From assembly GCF_963921235.1 (NCBI RefSeq), contig NC_086109.1, positions 21,826,001-21,890,000 on the forward strand: a stretch of DNA of 64,000 bases. Reading direction: 5' to 3'. Below, one piece after another: positions 39,732 to 51,599 of this stretch (position 1 is the stretch's first letter; each line of letters opens with the position of its first letter). A model generated the notes under the pieces. The model saw only the letters and a program-made list of their open reading frames with translations, made no database searches and had not been told where the DNA came from. The position numbers were made by a program, and so were the translations under genes. This stretch comes from Mobula hypostoma. Its lineage: Eukaryota.

Positions 39732-42700
39732 CACCTCTTCCTACAGATGCTGCTTGGCCTGCTGCGTTCACCAGCAACTTTGATGTGTGTTGCTTGAATT
39801 TCCAGCATCTGCAGAATTCCTGTTGTACAAGTCATAAGGAGGTTCTTTATGTCCAGTCCATTCCGCAATTTAGTTTTTGTGGCATTCATAGCAGAAAACG
39901 CCGCTTTGCAGAGATATGATGTTGGAAATGGAAGTAATGTTTTCAGTGCCTTCGTGGCTATCTCAGGATATTCAGCCTTGACTTTGATCCAGAATGCCGG
40001 CAGAGATGTTATGTCAAACATACTTTTCAGCCTACCGTCATTTGCAAGCTCAAGGAGTTGATCTTCTTCCTACGCTGACATGGATGAGTCACCAGGGACC
40101 TTCACAAATGGGTCACGGACCCATTCCTTTGCACGTCTTGGGTCATTTGCGGTTGAGAAGTAACGCTCAAATTCTGTTGACAGCGAAGTTAGGTGATCGC
40201 GCACCAGCTGTGAGAAGGACGGTGTAACCTCAGTCTCTCCCAAAATCCCAGCTAATGTTGGGAACATATCAAATATGCCCCTGTCCACTCGCCATCCCCA
40301 CAGTTCCAGTTTGGCTTTGAAAGCAGACACTTTATCTGCCAACTTGAAGACAGTTGTCATTCTCCCCTGAAGTGAAAAATTGAGTTTATTGAGCAGGTTG
40401 AAGATGTCACACAGATAAGCGAGTTTTGCTATCCACTCCTCGTCACTGAAATGTGCTGCCAGTGGTGACTTTTTTCCTGAAAGAAATCTCTGTAGCAACT
40501 CTCTTAACTCAAAAACCCTGGCCAGGGCTCTTCCCCCTTGATAGTCACCTGACTTCAGTGTGAAAGAGAAGGCGTTTGTGCTCTGTATCCATTTCCTCGC
40601 AAAGCTGCTCAAACAGACATGAGTTAAGGGCTTTTGCTCTGATGTGATTGATAACTTCAACAACGTCACTCAATACGCTGTTAAGATCAGGTGACATTTT
40701 TCCACTAGCCAGCATTTCCCTGTGTGTGACACAGTGTGTAGACTGGCATTCAGGAGCAACCTCTTTGAAACCAGACTCGTTAAGCTGTTCCAACAGCTGT
40801 GTTTCCATGTCCTCCGCTGTGTCATCGATTCTCCTTGAAACTGTGGTTGCTGAAAGAGAAACCTGTGTCATCTTGTTAGCTGCAGCTTCTCCCAACAGTT
40901 CACGGCACATGTCCTTGGCAGCAGGCAGAATCAGTTCTTCACCAACAGTGAAAGTCTTCTTAGCCTTAGCAATAAGGCTAGCCACTAAGTACAACACTGT
41001 CAGAGCAGCAGCATTTGTGGAGGTGGTCGCTCTCAGCACTTGCTTCTGTTCCACTTGCTCACGTTTTTTCCACTCAAAAAAACTCAATGGGTTTGTCTTT
41101 AAGTGCAGGGTGCTTGGACTCAAGGTGCTGAAGCAGTTTTGAGAGCTTCATTGCCTCATTAGACAGCTTGTCTCCACATATCACACACAGGTCGCTTGGA
41201 GCGTGCGAGTCACCGGACGCAATAAAGCCATATTTTATGTACGACTCCTCGTATTTTCTGTTGAAAAAAGCTTTCTTTATTTTTTGCAGTCTCGGCCTTA
41301 GCTGTCTCTGTGTTATGCTCATCGTTAGGCCTTTTATGTCCCCTACTATCTCTTCCAAAGAAACTCTCAAGCGACGTTTGTTTTTTACTTATCGAGTAGT
41401 TGTAGGTTAATGACCGACTGATGTCCTCGCGTGCGTTCAAGTTCAACAGTGGGCGTGACGAGGAATGAGGAAAGGTGCAGCTGACTCATATAGTTTCCTC
41501 GCGGCCTGGTAGCACATGCTTTGCGGCCCGGTGGTTGGGGACCACTGATGTAACATAGTTAACACAATACTCAAGGCACTTTACAGCAGTGCAGTCACAT
41601 TTTATACAGAGTCACAACGAAAATGTTGACCAAGACTTTCCTGAGCAAAGCTTGTATTCCACATTGTCCTGAACTGAACCACATTCGATGTTCAAAACCA
41701 ATCCTTCCGGCCAGCATCAGTCTACAGCTGGGTATCAAAGCATTACTGGCACTTGGGTCTTCAGTAAATGCATATTCAACTTTGCCGACAACATCGCTGT
41801 TGTTGGCTGAATCAAAGCTGGTGATGATCAGCATATAGGAAGGAAATCATAAATCTGGCTGAGAAAGAGTGGTGCCACAACAAACTCTCACTCAAATGTC
41901 AGCAAGACCGGAGCGGATTATTGATTCGGGAGGAGGAAACCAAAAGTCCATAAGCAAGTTCTCATCGGTGATTAGAATTAGAGAGGGTCAGCAACCTTAG
42001 AATACTCGGAGTAATCATTTCAGAGGATCTGCCCTGGGCCCAGCACGTGAGTGTCATGATGAAGAAACCATGGCAACACCTCTACTTCCATAGTTCACAA
42101 CGATTTGGCGTGACATCTAAAAATTTGACAAACTTCCATGGATACGTTGTGGGAGTATATTGACTGGCTCCATCACAGACAGCCTGCTATAGAAACACCA
42201 ATGCCCTTGAATGGAAAATCCCACAGAAGGAAGTGGATACAGCTCAGTCCATCACTGGTAAAGCCCTCCCCACCATTGGGCAAATCTACATGGAGTGCTG
42301 TCGCAGGAAAGCAGCATCTATCAGAGACCCCCAGCACCCATTCCATGCTCTCTTCTCACTGCTGCCATCATGAATGTGGTACAGGAGCCTCAGGACCACA
42401 CCATCGGTTCAGGATCAGTTATGATCCCTCAACCATCAGGCTCTTGAACCAGGAGAGATAACTTGACTTGCCCCTTCACTAAACCGTTTACACAAGCTAT
42501 AGACTCCCTTTTCAAGGACTCTTTATCTCACGTTCTTGATATTTATTGGGGTTTTTTTTCATTTTTGTATTTACACAGTTTGTTGCCGTTTGCACGTTGG
42601 TTGTTTGTCCATCTTGTGGAAACAGCTTTCATTGATTCTATTGTGTTTCTGTGTATGCCTGCAAGAAAATGAATCTCAGGGCTGTATGTGATAATATACA

Positions 42701-43277
42701 AACTGTAATGCACTTTGATAATAAACCTACTTTGAACTTTGAAATGTAATCTGGTCTGCACCAGCGAGCCAGTATAATAACCTTCAAAACTCATCTGGAA
42801 AATCTTTGACACACAGCAGACACACACACTAGCTTTGCCATTTGACAAAGCTCTCAGCCAGAGGCCTTTAAATATGTTGTAGAGTTAGATGTTGGCGCGA
42901 TCATTACCCCTTATGTCTGAATCCAAATCCAGGGTCAAAAGGACGGGATGACAATCAGTTTACTCACTAATAGCAAACATTTCAAAATACTTAAGGAAAA
43001 ATGAAATAGCAATTAAGTAAATAATTTAAAACATTAAATCAAACAAGCAAACACAAACAAATATTTTCCCCTTCAGTGTTCTATACTGCTATATAAATGA
43101 ATGCCCACACAATTCCTGTGCCTGGCAGAGGTTTTGATGGCAATGTACAGGAGCCTGAAGACCCACACTCAGTGTTTTAGGAACAGCTGCTTCTTCTCTG
43201 CCATCAGATTTCTGAACAGTCCACGAATCCACAAACACTACCTCGTTATTCCTCGTTTGCATTACTTATCTATTTTT

Positions 43278-43671
43278 CTGGGTGTCATGGTGGAGATGCG
43301 TTTCTTCCAAAGGAGGTGTAAGGTGCTCCTTCCCTACTCTAGCCTGCAGATCACCCTTGGGTGAGGTGCAGCTCCTGTTTAGCCCCACAATCCACACCCC
43401 CCCCCCCGATCAGGGTCATGTAAAACCATGGGAGCAGGTAGTGGATGGTCATATGAGCAGCTGGTGCACAGCACATCTCCTGGTTAGGCGACCACTGACA
43501 CCATGCCAACAATCTCTGAAGAGTATTGATAATGGCTGGGGTCACCCGTTTTGTAAAGACACAGCCCAGAAGGCGGCAATGGCAAACCACTTCTGTAGAA
43601 TTTGCCAAGAACAATCACGGTCATAGAGCATGATCATCCACATTATACAATGTGATACATAATGATGATGA
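43278..43671 (+). mobile_element. RTE-derived (BovB/Bov-A-like) short non-autonomous element
   Basis: Motif GGCAATGGCAAACCACTTCTGTAGAATTTGCC resembles Bov-A/BovB; (TGA)n tail; TSD TTATCTATTTTT / TTATCTGTTTTT (43266-43277, 43672-43683). Confidence 0.75.
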
Positions 43672-44434
43672 TTATCTGTTTTTAAAATTTTACCATATAG
43701 GAATTTGACCTTGCAGTCTCGCACTGTACTGCTGCAATAAAACAACAAATTTCATCACATTTATCAGTGATAATAAAACTGATTCTGATTAGTAACGGCT
43801 GGGCGATATCAGAAGCTCCCGCTCCAAAGTTGGGCTCCATGCAAAGTCCAAAGTCAGAATGCAGATCCGGACATCTTCATGTATGTGGCGGTCCCAGCGA
43901 CGGCATGTACTCACCTAGGGAGATATTAGCAATTCCACACGGAACTCCCAGCAAGGCCCACCAACACTTAGACCATTAGGGTCGGATGATCAGAAGTTTG
44001 GGCAAAAAGGCAGGATTTGAGCCCCATGAAGGGAAGGAGAGAAGCAGGCAAGCAGGGAGGTTTGATGAATATGCATACTATATAGCTTCTATAGATGCAC
44101 AGTGGAGAGTATCTGGACTGTTTGCATCACAGCCTGGTATGGAAACACCAATGCCCAGGAATGGAAAAGTTTACAGACAGTGGTGGATGCAGCCCAGTCC
44201 GTGCAGGGAAAGCCTTCCCTAGCACTAAACATGGAGTGCAGCGACAAGAAAGCAGCATCCACCTTTGAAGACCCCCACGCACTCTTCCCACTGCTACCAC
44301 CCGGAGGAGGTACAGATTCCTCAGGTCCCATACCACCAGGTTCAGGAATAGTTATTACTCTGCAAACATCAGGCTCATGCTCGGTGTGGATATAGCTTCA
44401 CTCACCACAACTTGGAACTGATTCCATATCCTCC

Positions 44435-45029
44435 TGTCACAACCACGGATTGGGCAGTGTAGCAGATAAGGCAATTGCACTTGTGAACTTGCACGTGTCA
44501 GCTAATTATTATTTAATCGTGATAGTATTTAACTCCACACTCGTCATTGTAGTGCTTGTTGAGACTGGGACAGACCATTGCAACACTTCACTGCTGTTCT
44601 GCTTTCCGCCTTCCCTGAGATATTGGACTTTCAATTCAACTGACTCTGAAGACTAGCGGTATTCGTTTAATGTTTAGATGTCCTTTCCAGCCGCAGTGTA
44701 GGTTTCCTGTTCCTTTAGAGAGTTTTAGTTAATGGCCCCTAGATTTGGATTCAAACATAAGGGGTAATGATTGCTCTAACATCTAACTCTATGTTAAACG
44801 AATACCGCTAGTCTTCAGAGTCAGTTGACTTGAAAGTCCAATATCTCAGGGAAGGCCAAAAGCAAAACAGCAGCGAAGCATTGCTATGCTCTGTCCAAGT
44901 CTTGACAAGCACTACAATGACAAGTATGTGGTTAAGTACTATCACGATTAAATAATAATTAGCTGCCACGTGCAAATTCACAAGCACAATTGCCGTATCT
45001 ACCGCGCTGCGCAATCCGTGGTTGTGACA
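44435..45029. mobile_element. Foldback element with about 235-bp inverted arms and 5-bp TSD
   Basis: TGTCACAACCACGGATTG...CAATCCGTGGTTGTGACA; TSD CCTCC at 44430-44434 and 45030-45034. Confidence 0.9.
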
Positions 45030-45954
45030 CCTCCAGACTCACTTTCAAAAGACTATTAGATTCAACGTAGTCTACCAGTTAGCACAGAATTCGGAGTTCA
45101 ATTCCAGTGTCCTCTGTAAGAAAGTTTGTATATTCTTCCTGTGTGCGCATGGATTTCCTCCAAGTGCTTCTGTTTCCTCCCACAGTCCAAAGATAGACCA
45201 GCAAGTAGGTTAATTGCTCATGGTAAATTGTTCTGTGATTAGGCTGGTGCAAAGCAAGGAAGGGTCTGTTCCTCAATGTATTTCTAAGTAAAATATTCTC
45301 AGCATTATTTTTTTTTGTTTGTACAATTTGCCTTCAATTGTATTGTTTGCCTGTCTTTATGTATTTTGTCTCTAAATTCTGTTGTATTTAATTATGTTTC
45401 CTATAAATATCTGCAAGATGGTAACAAAGATGTTCTTTGATAATAAACCTTCAATGTGAAGGATTTCAAGAACTTGAGATTGAGTAATTAAAAAAATCAA
45501 TAATCTGGAAAACAAAGTTCAGAGAGATGTTTAGTTATCAACAGGATATGGAATATTAAAAGCAGGATTCTGGATGAACTCAAATTTGCAGATAAGTTGC
45601 AACAAGTATCGTTCAGACTTCGATTCAGGAAATAGGCAGCCAGCTGGGATTTCACCTCCAACGTTGTGACGACATAGAAATCAAGGTCATTCAGGTCCAT
45701 CAGACTTATCTCCTTTCCAGAACATTCTGTTTCTCTGCGAGTCAGTTATCTACAGTATCTGCTTTTACAAACGCAATGTTTTAACTTCATAATTTAGAAA
45801 AGCAAACAGATTCAACTCATCCACCAGTTGCACAAACAGGACTAAACAATTCAACATTGGGGTGCAAAATTTTGCACTAGAGCGAATTTGGATTAAGTGT
45901 AAGTGAAAGAAGGGGAGGGGGAGGAGGAGAGAAAAGAGTAAAAAAGAGTAGATG

Positions 45955-46175
45955 GAGATGTGGAATTCTCTGCCCATTGAAGAAGTGGAGGCTACCTCAG
46001 TATTTAAGACAAGGTTGGATAGATTTTTGCACAGTAGGGGAATTAAGGGTTGTGGGGAAAAGGCAGGTGGGTGGAGATGAGTTCATGGTCAGATCAGCCA
46101 TGATCTTATTGAATGGTGGAGCAGGCTCGACGAGCCAGATGGCCTACTCCTGCTCCTGTTTCTTATCTTTTTATG
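45955..46175 (+). mobile_element. CR1-type LINE 3' end
   Basis: TGGAATTCTCTGCCC...GAATGGTGGAGCAGGCTCGA...GGCCTACTCCTGCTCCT tail; relatives at about 26580-26880 and 47710-48030. Confidence 0.75.
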
Positions 46176-48190
46176 AGACAGGGCAGTAGAGAAGAAAATC
46201 AATGAAGAAATTTCTAGAGATCTGTCAGGGCGGCACGGTGATGCAGCTGAGCGCACTGCTCTCTCACATCTCCAGTGAACCTGGGTTCAATCCTGACCTC
46301 TGGTGCTGTCTGTGTGGAGTCTGCAATCATCCCTGTAACCACATGAGTTTCCTTTGGGCGGGCCAGTTTCTTCCCAAAAACATGCTTGTTCTCAGGATGG
46401 TTAGCTCCTGTTAATATATCCTGTTAATTATGAAGGGAATCAGAATGGAGCTGATGAGAGAGAGAGAGAGTGAGAGAGGTAGAGAGAGTGAGTCAGGGGT
46501 GGAGGAGGGGAGGTGTGGGGAGAGGGGAGGGTGGAGAGAGAAAGAGCAGTCGCCAAGATGCAGAGGAGACTTCAGAAATGCAGAAACAGATGTCAGGAGT
46601 CCAAGGGCAAAGGGTAAGAAATAATTTCCAAGAAAATATTACAAACAAGAGACAAGCAGAGGTTATTCTTGCAAGAACATACTGTCTGCATCTCAAATAA
46701 CAGTGACACTTTGCATCACCCTTCCTCTCACCCGTTGCTAGCCCAGGAGAGCAGCATCCAACTGTGACCACGGAGCAGAGATTTGGAGAAACATTTGTTA
46801 ACTGCGGATTAATTAGTTGCACTCTGTCACACAGCAAAGAGGTGGAAGTAATGTCAATATTCTGCGAAGTTATTCGTTTGATGAAAGAAGTAATTGAGCT
46901 GAATGTGGGAACCCGCCTCAGTGAATCAGCTGATCAAAGGCGGCCTTTACTGCCTCATGGTTACGGACAGACACAAAGCACAAAGACGCAGCAACTCCAG
47001 CCCCAGGGCACCTCGAATCCTGTACACCTTTCACAACTTGGCTCATACCAGAGTTCCCAAACGTATTTTGCTTGGTCCTACTTCAGGAATTTTTTTTTAC
47101 ACCTTTCCATTTTCCATTCTACAATTAAAAAAAAAACTAGTTGCATACCTTTATACTGTAATTGCACTTTTTGAAACCACTTGCATTCTCTTAAACTACT
47201 TTTATATCTGTGCCATACCTCCAAAATTACCAGTCATAGCCAAGACATTGGATATTAACTCTCTGCTTCTCCACTGGGAACATCGGTTCAGTCCAACCTT
47301 AATTTCCTCCCATACCACAAACCTGATGATTACAGGTACTTGCAAATTCCTTCCCCCATTCGATCTCACAAAAGTGTACTAACCACTAACATGCCCCCAG
47401 CACATTCAGAACATTGCTGAAACCTGAGCAATCAGCTACAGGTCAGAAACACTGTCTGACGATTCTCACCTGTACACGTGATGGCTCCTGCAAATCACTC
47501 TCATGCTGGGTTTGATTCTCTCTATTTGTTCCTCACAACCTAGATATTTTCCCACTGTTTTAGTGACTTCTAATCTGTGCTACTCCCTGTCTTGTCCTCT
47601 CTGTCACCAAAACTCCATCAGCATTTCCCAGTCCCTCTCCCCCTCCACTCTTCGCCTCTCCCTCTGTGATGATTCGATGGCTCTGGCCTGTACTCGCCAG
47701 AATTTAGCAAAATGAGGGGGATCTCACTGAAGCCTTTCAAATATTGAAAGGTCTAGATAAAGTGGACATGGAGAGGTTATTTGTATAGTGGGGTGGGGGA
47801 AGGGGGTTCTAGGAGCAGAGGACACAGCTCAGGAGTGAAGGCCGTCCCTTTGAACAGAGATAAGGAGGAATTTCTTTAGCCGGTGGGTGACGAATCTGTG
47901 AAATTCACTGCTATGGAGGCAAAGTCAATGGGTATGTTTAAAGCAGAGGTTGATAGGTTCTTGATTAGCAAGGGTGTCAAAGGTTAGAGGGAGAAGGCAG
48001 GAGAATGGGGTCGAGAGAGGTAATAAAGCATTATCAGGGATGCATCTCACCCTAACCATGGACTTTTTACTCTCCTCCCATCCAGTAGGTGCTACAGGAG
48101 CCTCCGCTCCCACACCAGCAGGCACAGGAAGAGCTTCTTCCCTGAGGCTGTGACCCTGCTGAACTTCTCATCACAGCGCTAAGCAGTATT

Positions 48191-48744
48191 CCCCCACCAG
48201 AGGTGCTACCCCTCCGTGACACCCCATATACCCCACCTTTGGTGGGGTATTAGTCCACCTTTGGTCCCCACCTGGCACTCAGCTCTCACCTGTGGCTCCC
48301 CGTAGCTGTTTGCATGCGACAGCGGCCACACCCCAGGCAACAGCTTCGACAAGCCGGCTAAACCAGGTGAGGGTAGCCGACGGGTCTCAAACCCTCGGTG
48401 AGATAGGGAGTTGTCTATCCCAGCATGTGAAGACAGACTCCGGCGGATTGAGCGGACGAGACCAGCAGAAGGTCCAACGGTCAAGAAGGCGGTCTCTGCA
48501 AGCGTCGTGGAACGTGTAGAGCAGGACAAGACACAGAAGACGTCCTGGTCATCCACTGCGCCTAGTCCCATCTTCAGCCGTCTAGACTCTGTCTTGCCAC
48601 TGGATCCAGATGGGAATTGGGAAGAGAGAGTGAGGCTGACGCTGCGCAACTCTCCCTCACTTAAATCCAAATCACGCGCTAGTCTCAACACCATCATTAT
48701 GGTGTCGAGGTCTTCTTCGACGTCAACGATGGACGAACAACAAC
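48191..48744 (+). mobile_element. Short non-autonomous retroelement (RTE-like) with inverted 5' end
   Basis: TSD AAGCAGTATT at 48181-48190 and 48745-48754; (ACA)n tail; the first ~47 nt are the reverse complement of the head of the 34095 copy. Confidence 0.85.
48244..48371 (+). ncRNA. Candidate HDV-like ribozyme
   Basis: P2 CTCACCTG/CAGGTGAG, P3 GGC/GCC, L3 TCCCCGTA, P1' ACACCCC, then AGGCAAC, P4 CAGCTT/AAGCCG, J4/2 GCTAA. Confidence 0.55.
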
Positions 48745-49609
48745 AAGCAGTATTGCACCCATATTGTACTGTCTCAGTACTTCCATATTTGTGTGCTGTA
48801 GCACTTACTTTTTATTCACAGTTATTTTGTAAATAACACTATTCTTTGCATTTCTGGTCAGATGCTAACTGCATTTCATTGGTTTTGTATCTGTACTTGG
48901 CACAATGACAATAAAGTTGAATCTAATCTAATCTAAATCAGCCATCAGCCACAGCAAACTCAATGGGCTGAATGGCCAGATTCCACACTTATGTCTTATG
49001 TTCTTTTCATCTTCTTCCCTCCATTTTTCCCAACGTGTGTCATTCTTTCCATTACTGAGACTCTCCAAAATGTCCCCTGAAGCAGTGAGGAGCAAGAGCA
49101 TTACTGAGTCATGGAGAGGTAGATGGAATATTAATGGTGTACTAGTCTCAGCCACTACCCATATCGTTTATTGTTAGAAACTATAGACAGCCATTTAACC
49201 CAGTCTATGTATATATATTGGTTTTTTGAAACAGAAAGCCAATACTAATCTCAGCGCCTCCAATTTTTACGACCTCCCTCGGCTACAAATGTTTTTACAT
49301 TTTTCCTTTAAAAGATGGAAGTTTCATCACAATCCTTGTGTAAAGCACTTCATACTTGTAAAAGAAAACATTTATACCAAGCGATTTCTTTGGTGTCATT
49401 TGAACACTTTGAACTTGAGAACCCTTCAGTAAATCAAAATTTAATTCTTTGCAATTGAGAATTTAAGCAACTAAGTATGTGACCTTTTAAACACGTGATA
49501 TGTAAGGTATGTCAGAGGAATCAGTAACACTCACCTGGAGAGAAAAAAACGTAAGTCGAAGGGCATTTTGTTGACTTTGGAAAGGCTTCATTAACACTGC
49601 ACTATAGAA

Positions 49610-49835
49610 AACAAGGCGTTCTGCAGAAGCTGGAAATCTTGAACAACACATATAAAATGCTGGAAGAACTCGGTAAACCAGGCAACATCTAAGGAGAGGA
49701 ACTAACAATCAGCATTTTGGGCCGAGACCCTTCATCACGAACAGTTAAGTCCTGATGAAAGGTCTCGGCCTGAAATATCGACTGTATAGACGCTGCCCGA
49801 CTTGCTGAGTTCCTCCAGCATTCTGTGTGTGCTGC
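49610..49835. mobile_element. Short palindrome of old Penelope-like tails
   Basis: Arms meet at about 49745; each carries a hammerhead-derived segment. Confidence 0.75.
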
Positions 49836-51599
49836 GCTATAGAAAGTACTTCTAACCCTCGTACATGAAGTAGTTGTAGTTGATTACACGGTTCCTGGTC
49901 CATGTGCAGGATAACTGAGTGGCCTTTTTGCCTTAAGGAAAGGTGTGCAAATACCATTTATTTATTTAGAGGCACAGTGCGGAACAGGTCCTGCTGCCCA
50001 ATGAGCTGCACCTCTCAGCAACCCACCTTTTTAACCCTAGCCTAACCACAACACAATTTATAACAGCCAATAAACCTACTGACCAGTGCACCTTTAGAAT
50101 GTGGGAGGAAATCGGAGCACCTGGAGGAAACCCACACGATCACAGGGAGAAAGTATAAACTCCTTACAGACAGCAATGGAACTGAGCCCACACACGTTGC
50201 AAAACCTTATGCTGACCACTACTACTCCCACTCCACTCCTGCACTGGGAGAGAGCGAGATCCAAGTGAACCAACTTCAGTCTGAATTTTGCTTGAAATAT
50301 ACCTCAATGGGCAAGAGGTTTACACCCATATTTGTAAGAAGTAAAACTCTAACCCAGTCCACCAGCATAGTCTCTTAACACGGTTGTGGTTGATTTCCGA
50401 AACTTTTCCAATATCCCTCATCAATACAAAACAATGCACTTGTACTTATTTAAAGATACTGCAGAGTATCGAGCCCTTCCAGCCCAATGAGCCCATGTGT
50501 CCAATTAAGCTAAAACCCGCAAGTCCTTAGAATGTAGAAGGCAACCACAGCACCCGGAGGAAACTCACATAGTCATGGGGAGAATGTCCAACTTGCTTAC
50601 AGACCGTGGTGAGAATCAGTTCTGGGTCACTGGCGCCATAACAGTAACAGCTATGCTACCATGCTGCCCTGTCCTACCAGTCCTAACCAACAATGTAAAT
50701 CCTACTGTACTCCTCACCATAACCCTCATTCTGACCCCAATTGCCCCTTCCCCATATGTCAATCCTCCGCATTGTCCATCAGCCACTATTATTCACAGGA
50801 GGCAAATTTCCTCAGGCATGCCTCCTTTTCCTTTCCATTTCCCTTGCTTCCTTCATTCCCTCGGCAAAGAGGGCACTTTATGAAGGAGCGTGGCCATCAA
50901 CAGTGGAGGTTACCTGACTAAGTACCCAAGGCAATGCCAAGAATCCCGATGGAGGAGCAGGTGATTAACTGCTCTGCCCTGGGCATGCTTTGGTTGGGAG
51001 CATCCATCTCAGTACAGGAAACTTGGGGCGGAACCAGGAAGATTTCACATAAATGACCGTGAAAATCCAGCACCCTGTCAACCAAAGCAGACTCCAGTGT
51101 GAGTGAATGGAAACAGGGAATAAGCAAGCTTGAGAAAGTGTGTAACATACAAAACACTGGAGAAATTCAGCAGGTCAGGCAGCATCTATGAGTGGAAACA
51201 GACAGTTGACATTTCATCCTTTGAAGTTGCCTAACCTGCAGAGTTCCTTCAGAGTTTCATGTGTGCTTCAGGTTCTAGCCGATGCAGTGTCATGTGTCTC
51301 CATTTCGAGAAACAAAATGAGTGCCTCAATAGTATTATTGGACTTTCCATGTCAACAATTCACTGTATGGAGAGGACAGGGAAGCCCACAAAACACATTC
51401 AGCACTTGTTTACTGAGACACATATCACCTCCTTACAAGTTCCAAAGTAGATCCTAAATCCCACACACTGCATCAGAACACTTGAAAATGACATTCCTAA
51501 ACTTCCAACCATGTGCAAAGTAAATCCTTCATTGTACGAATAACAAAAGCATTTTAGTAATATTAATAGCTCCCAGTTGTGTCATAATAAATAAAAACT

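Larger units (their letters stand above)
35946..39828. mobile_element. Young Penelope-like element with inverted (tail-out) arms, probably Neptune clade
   Basis: Minus arm about 35946-38371, plus arm about 38368-39828; TSD AAGTCATAAGGA at 35934-35945 and 39829-39840. Cys-rich linker (CKRNKCYTC) precedes the GIY-YIG domain. Confidence 0.95.
35697..41547 (-). mobile_element. hAT transposon, Buster/Charlie (ZBED5-like), disabled, containing a Penelope insertion
   Basis: TIRs CAGGGATCCCCAAGC / CAGTGGTCCCCAACC; TSD ATATAACA (35689-35696) / ATGTAACA (41548-41555). Transposase pieces: RKYEESYIKYGF..CVIC, THCVTHRE, LAYLCDIFNLLN, LLPFPTSYLC. Confidence 0.92.

Noticed and set aside
46455..46545. Purine-rich (AG)n/G-rich tract as a G-quadruplex element
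   Set aside because: Low-complexity tail of a SINE copy; no further support.
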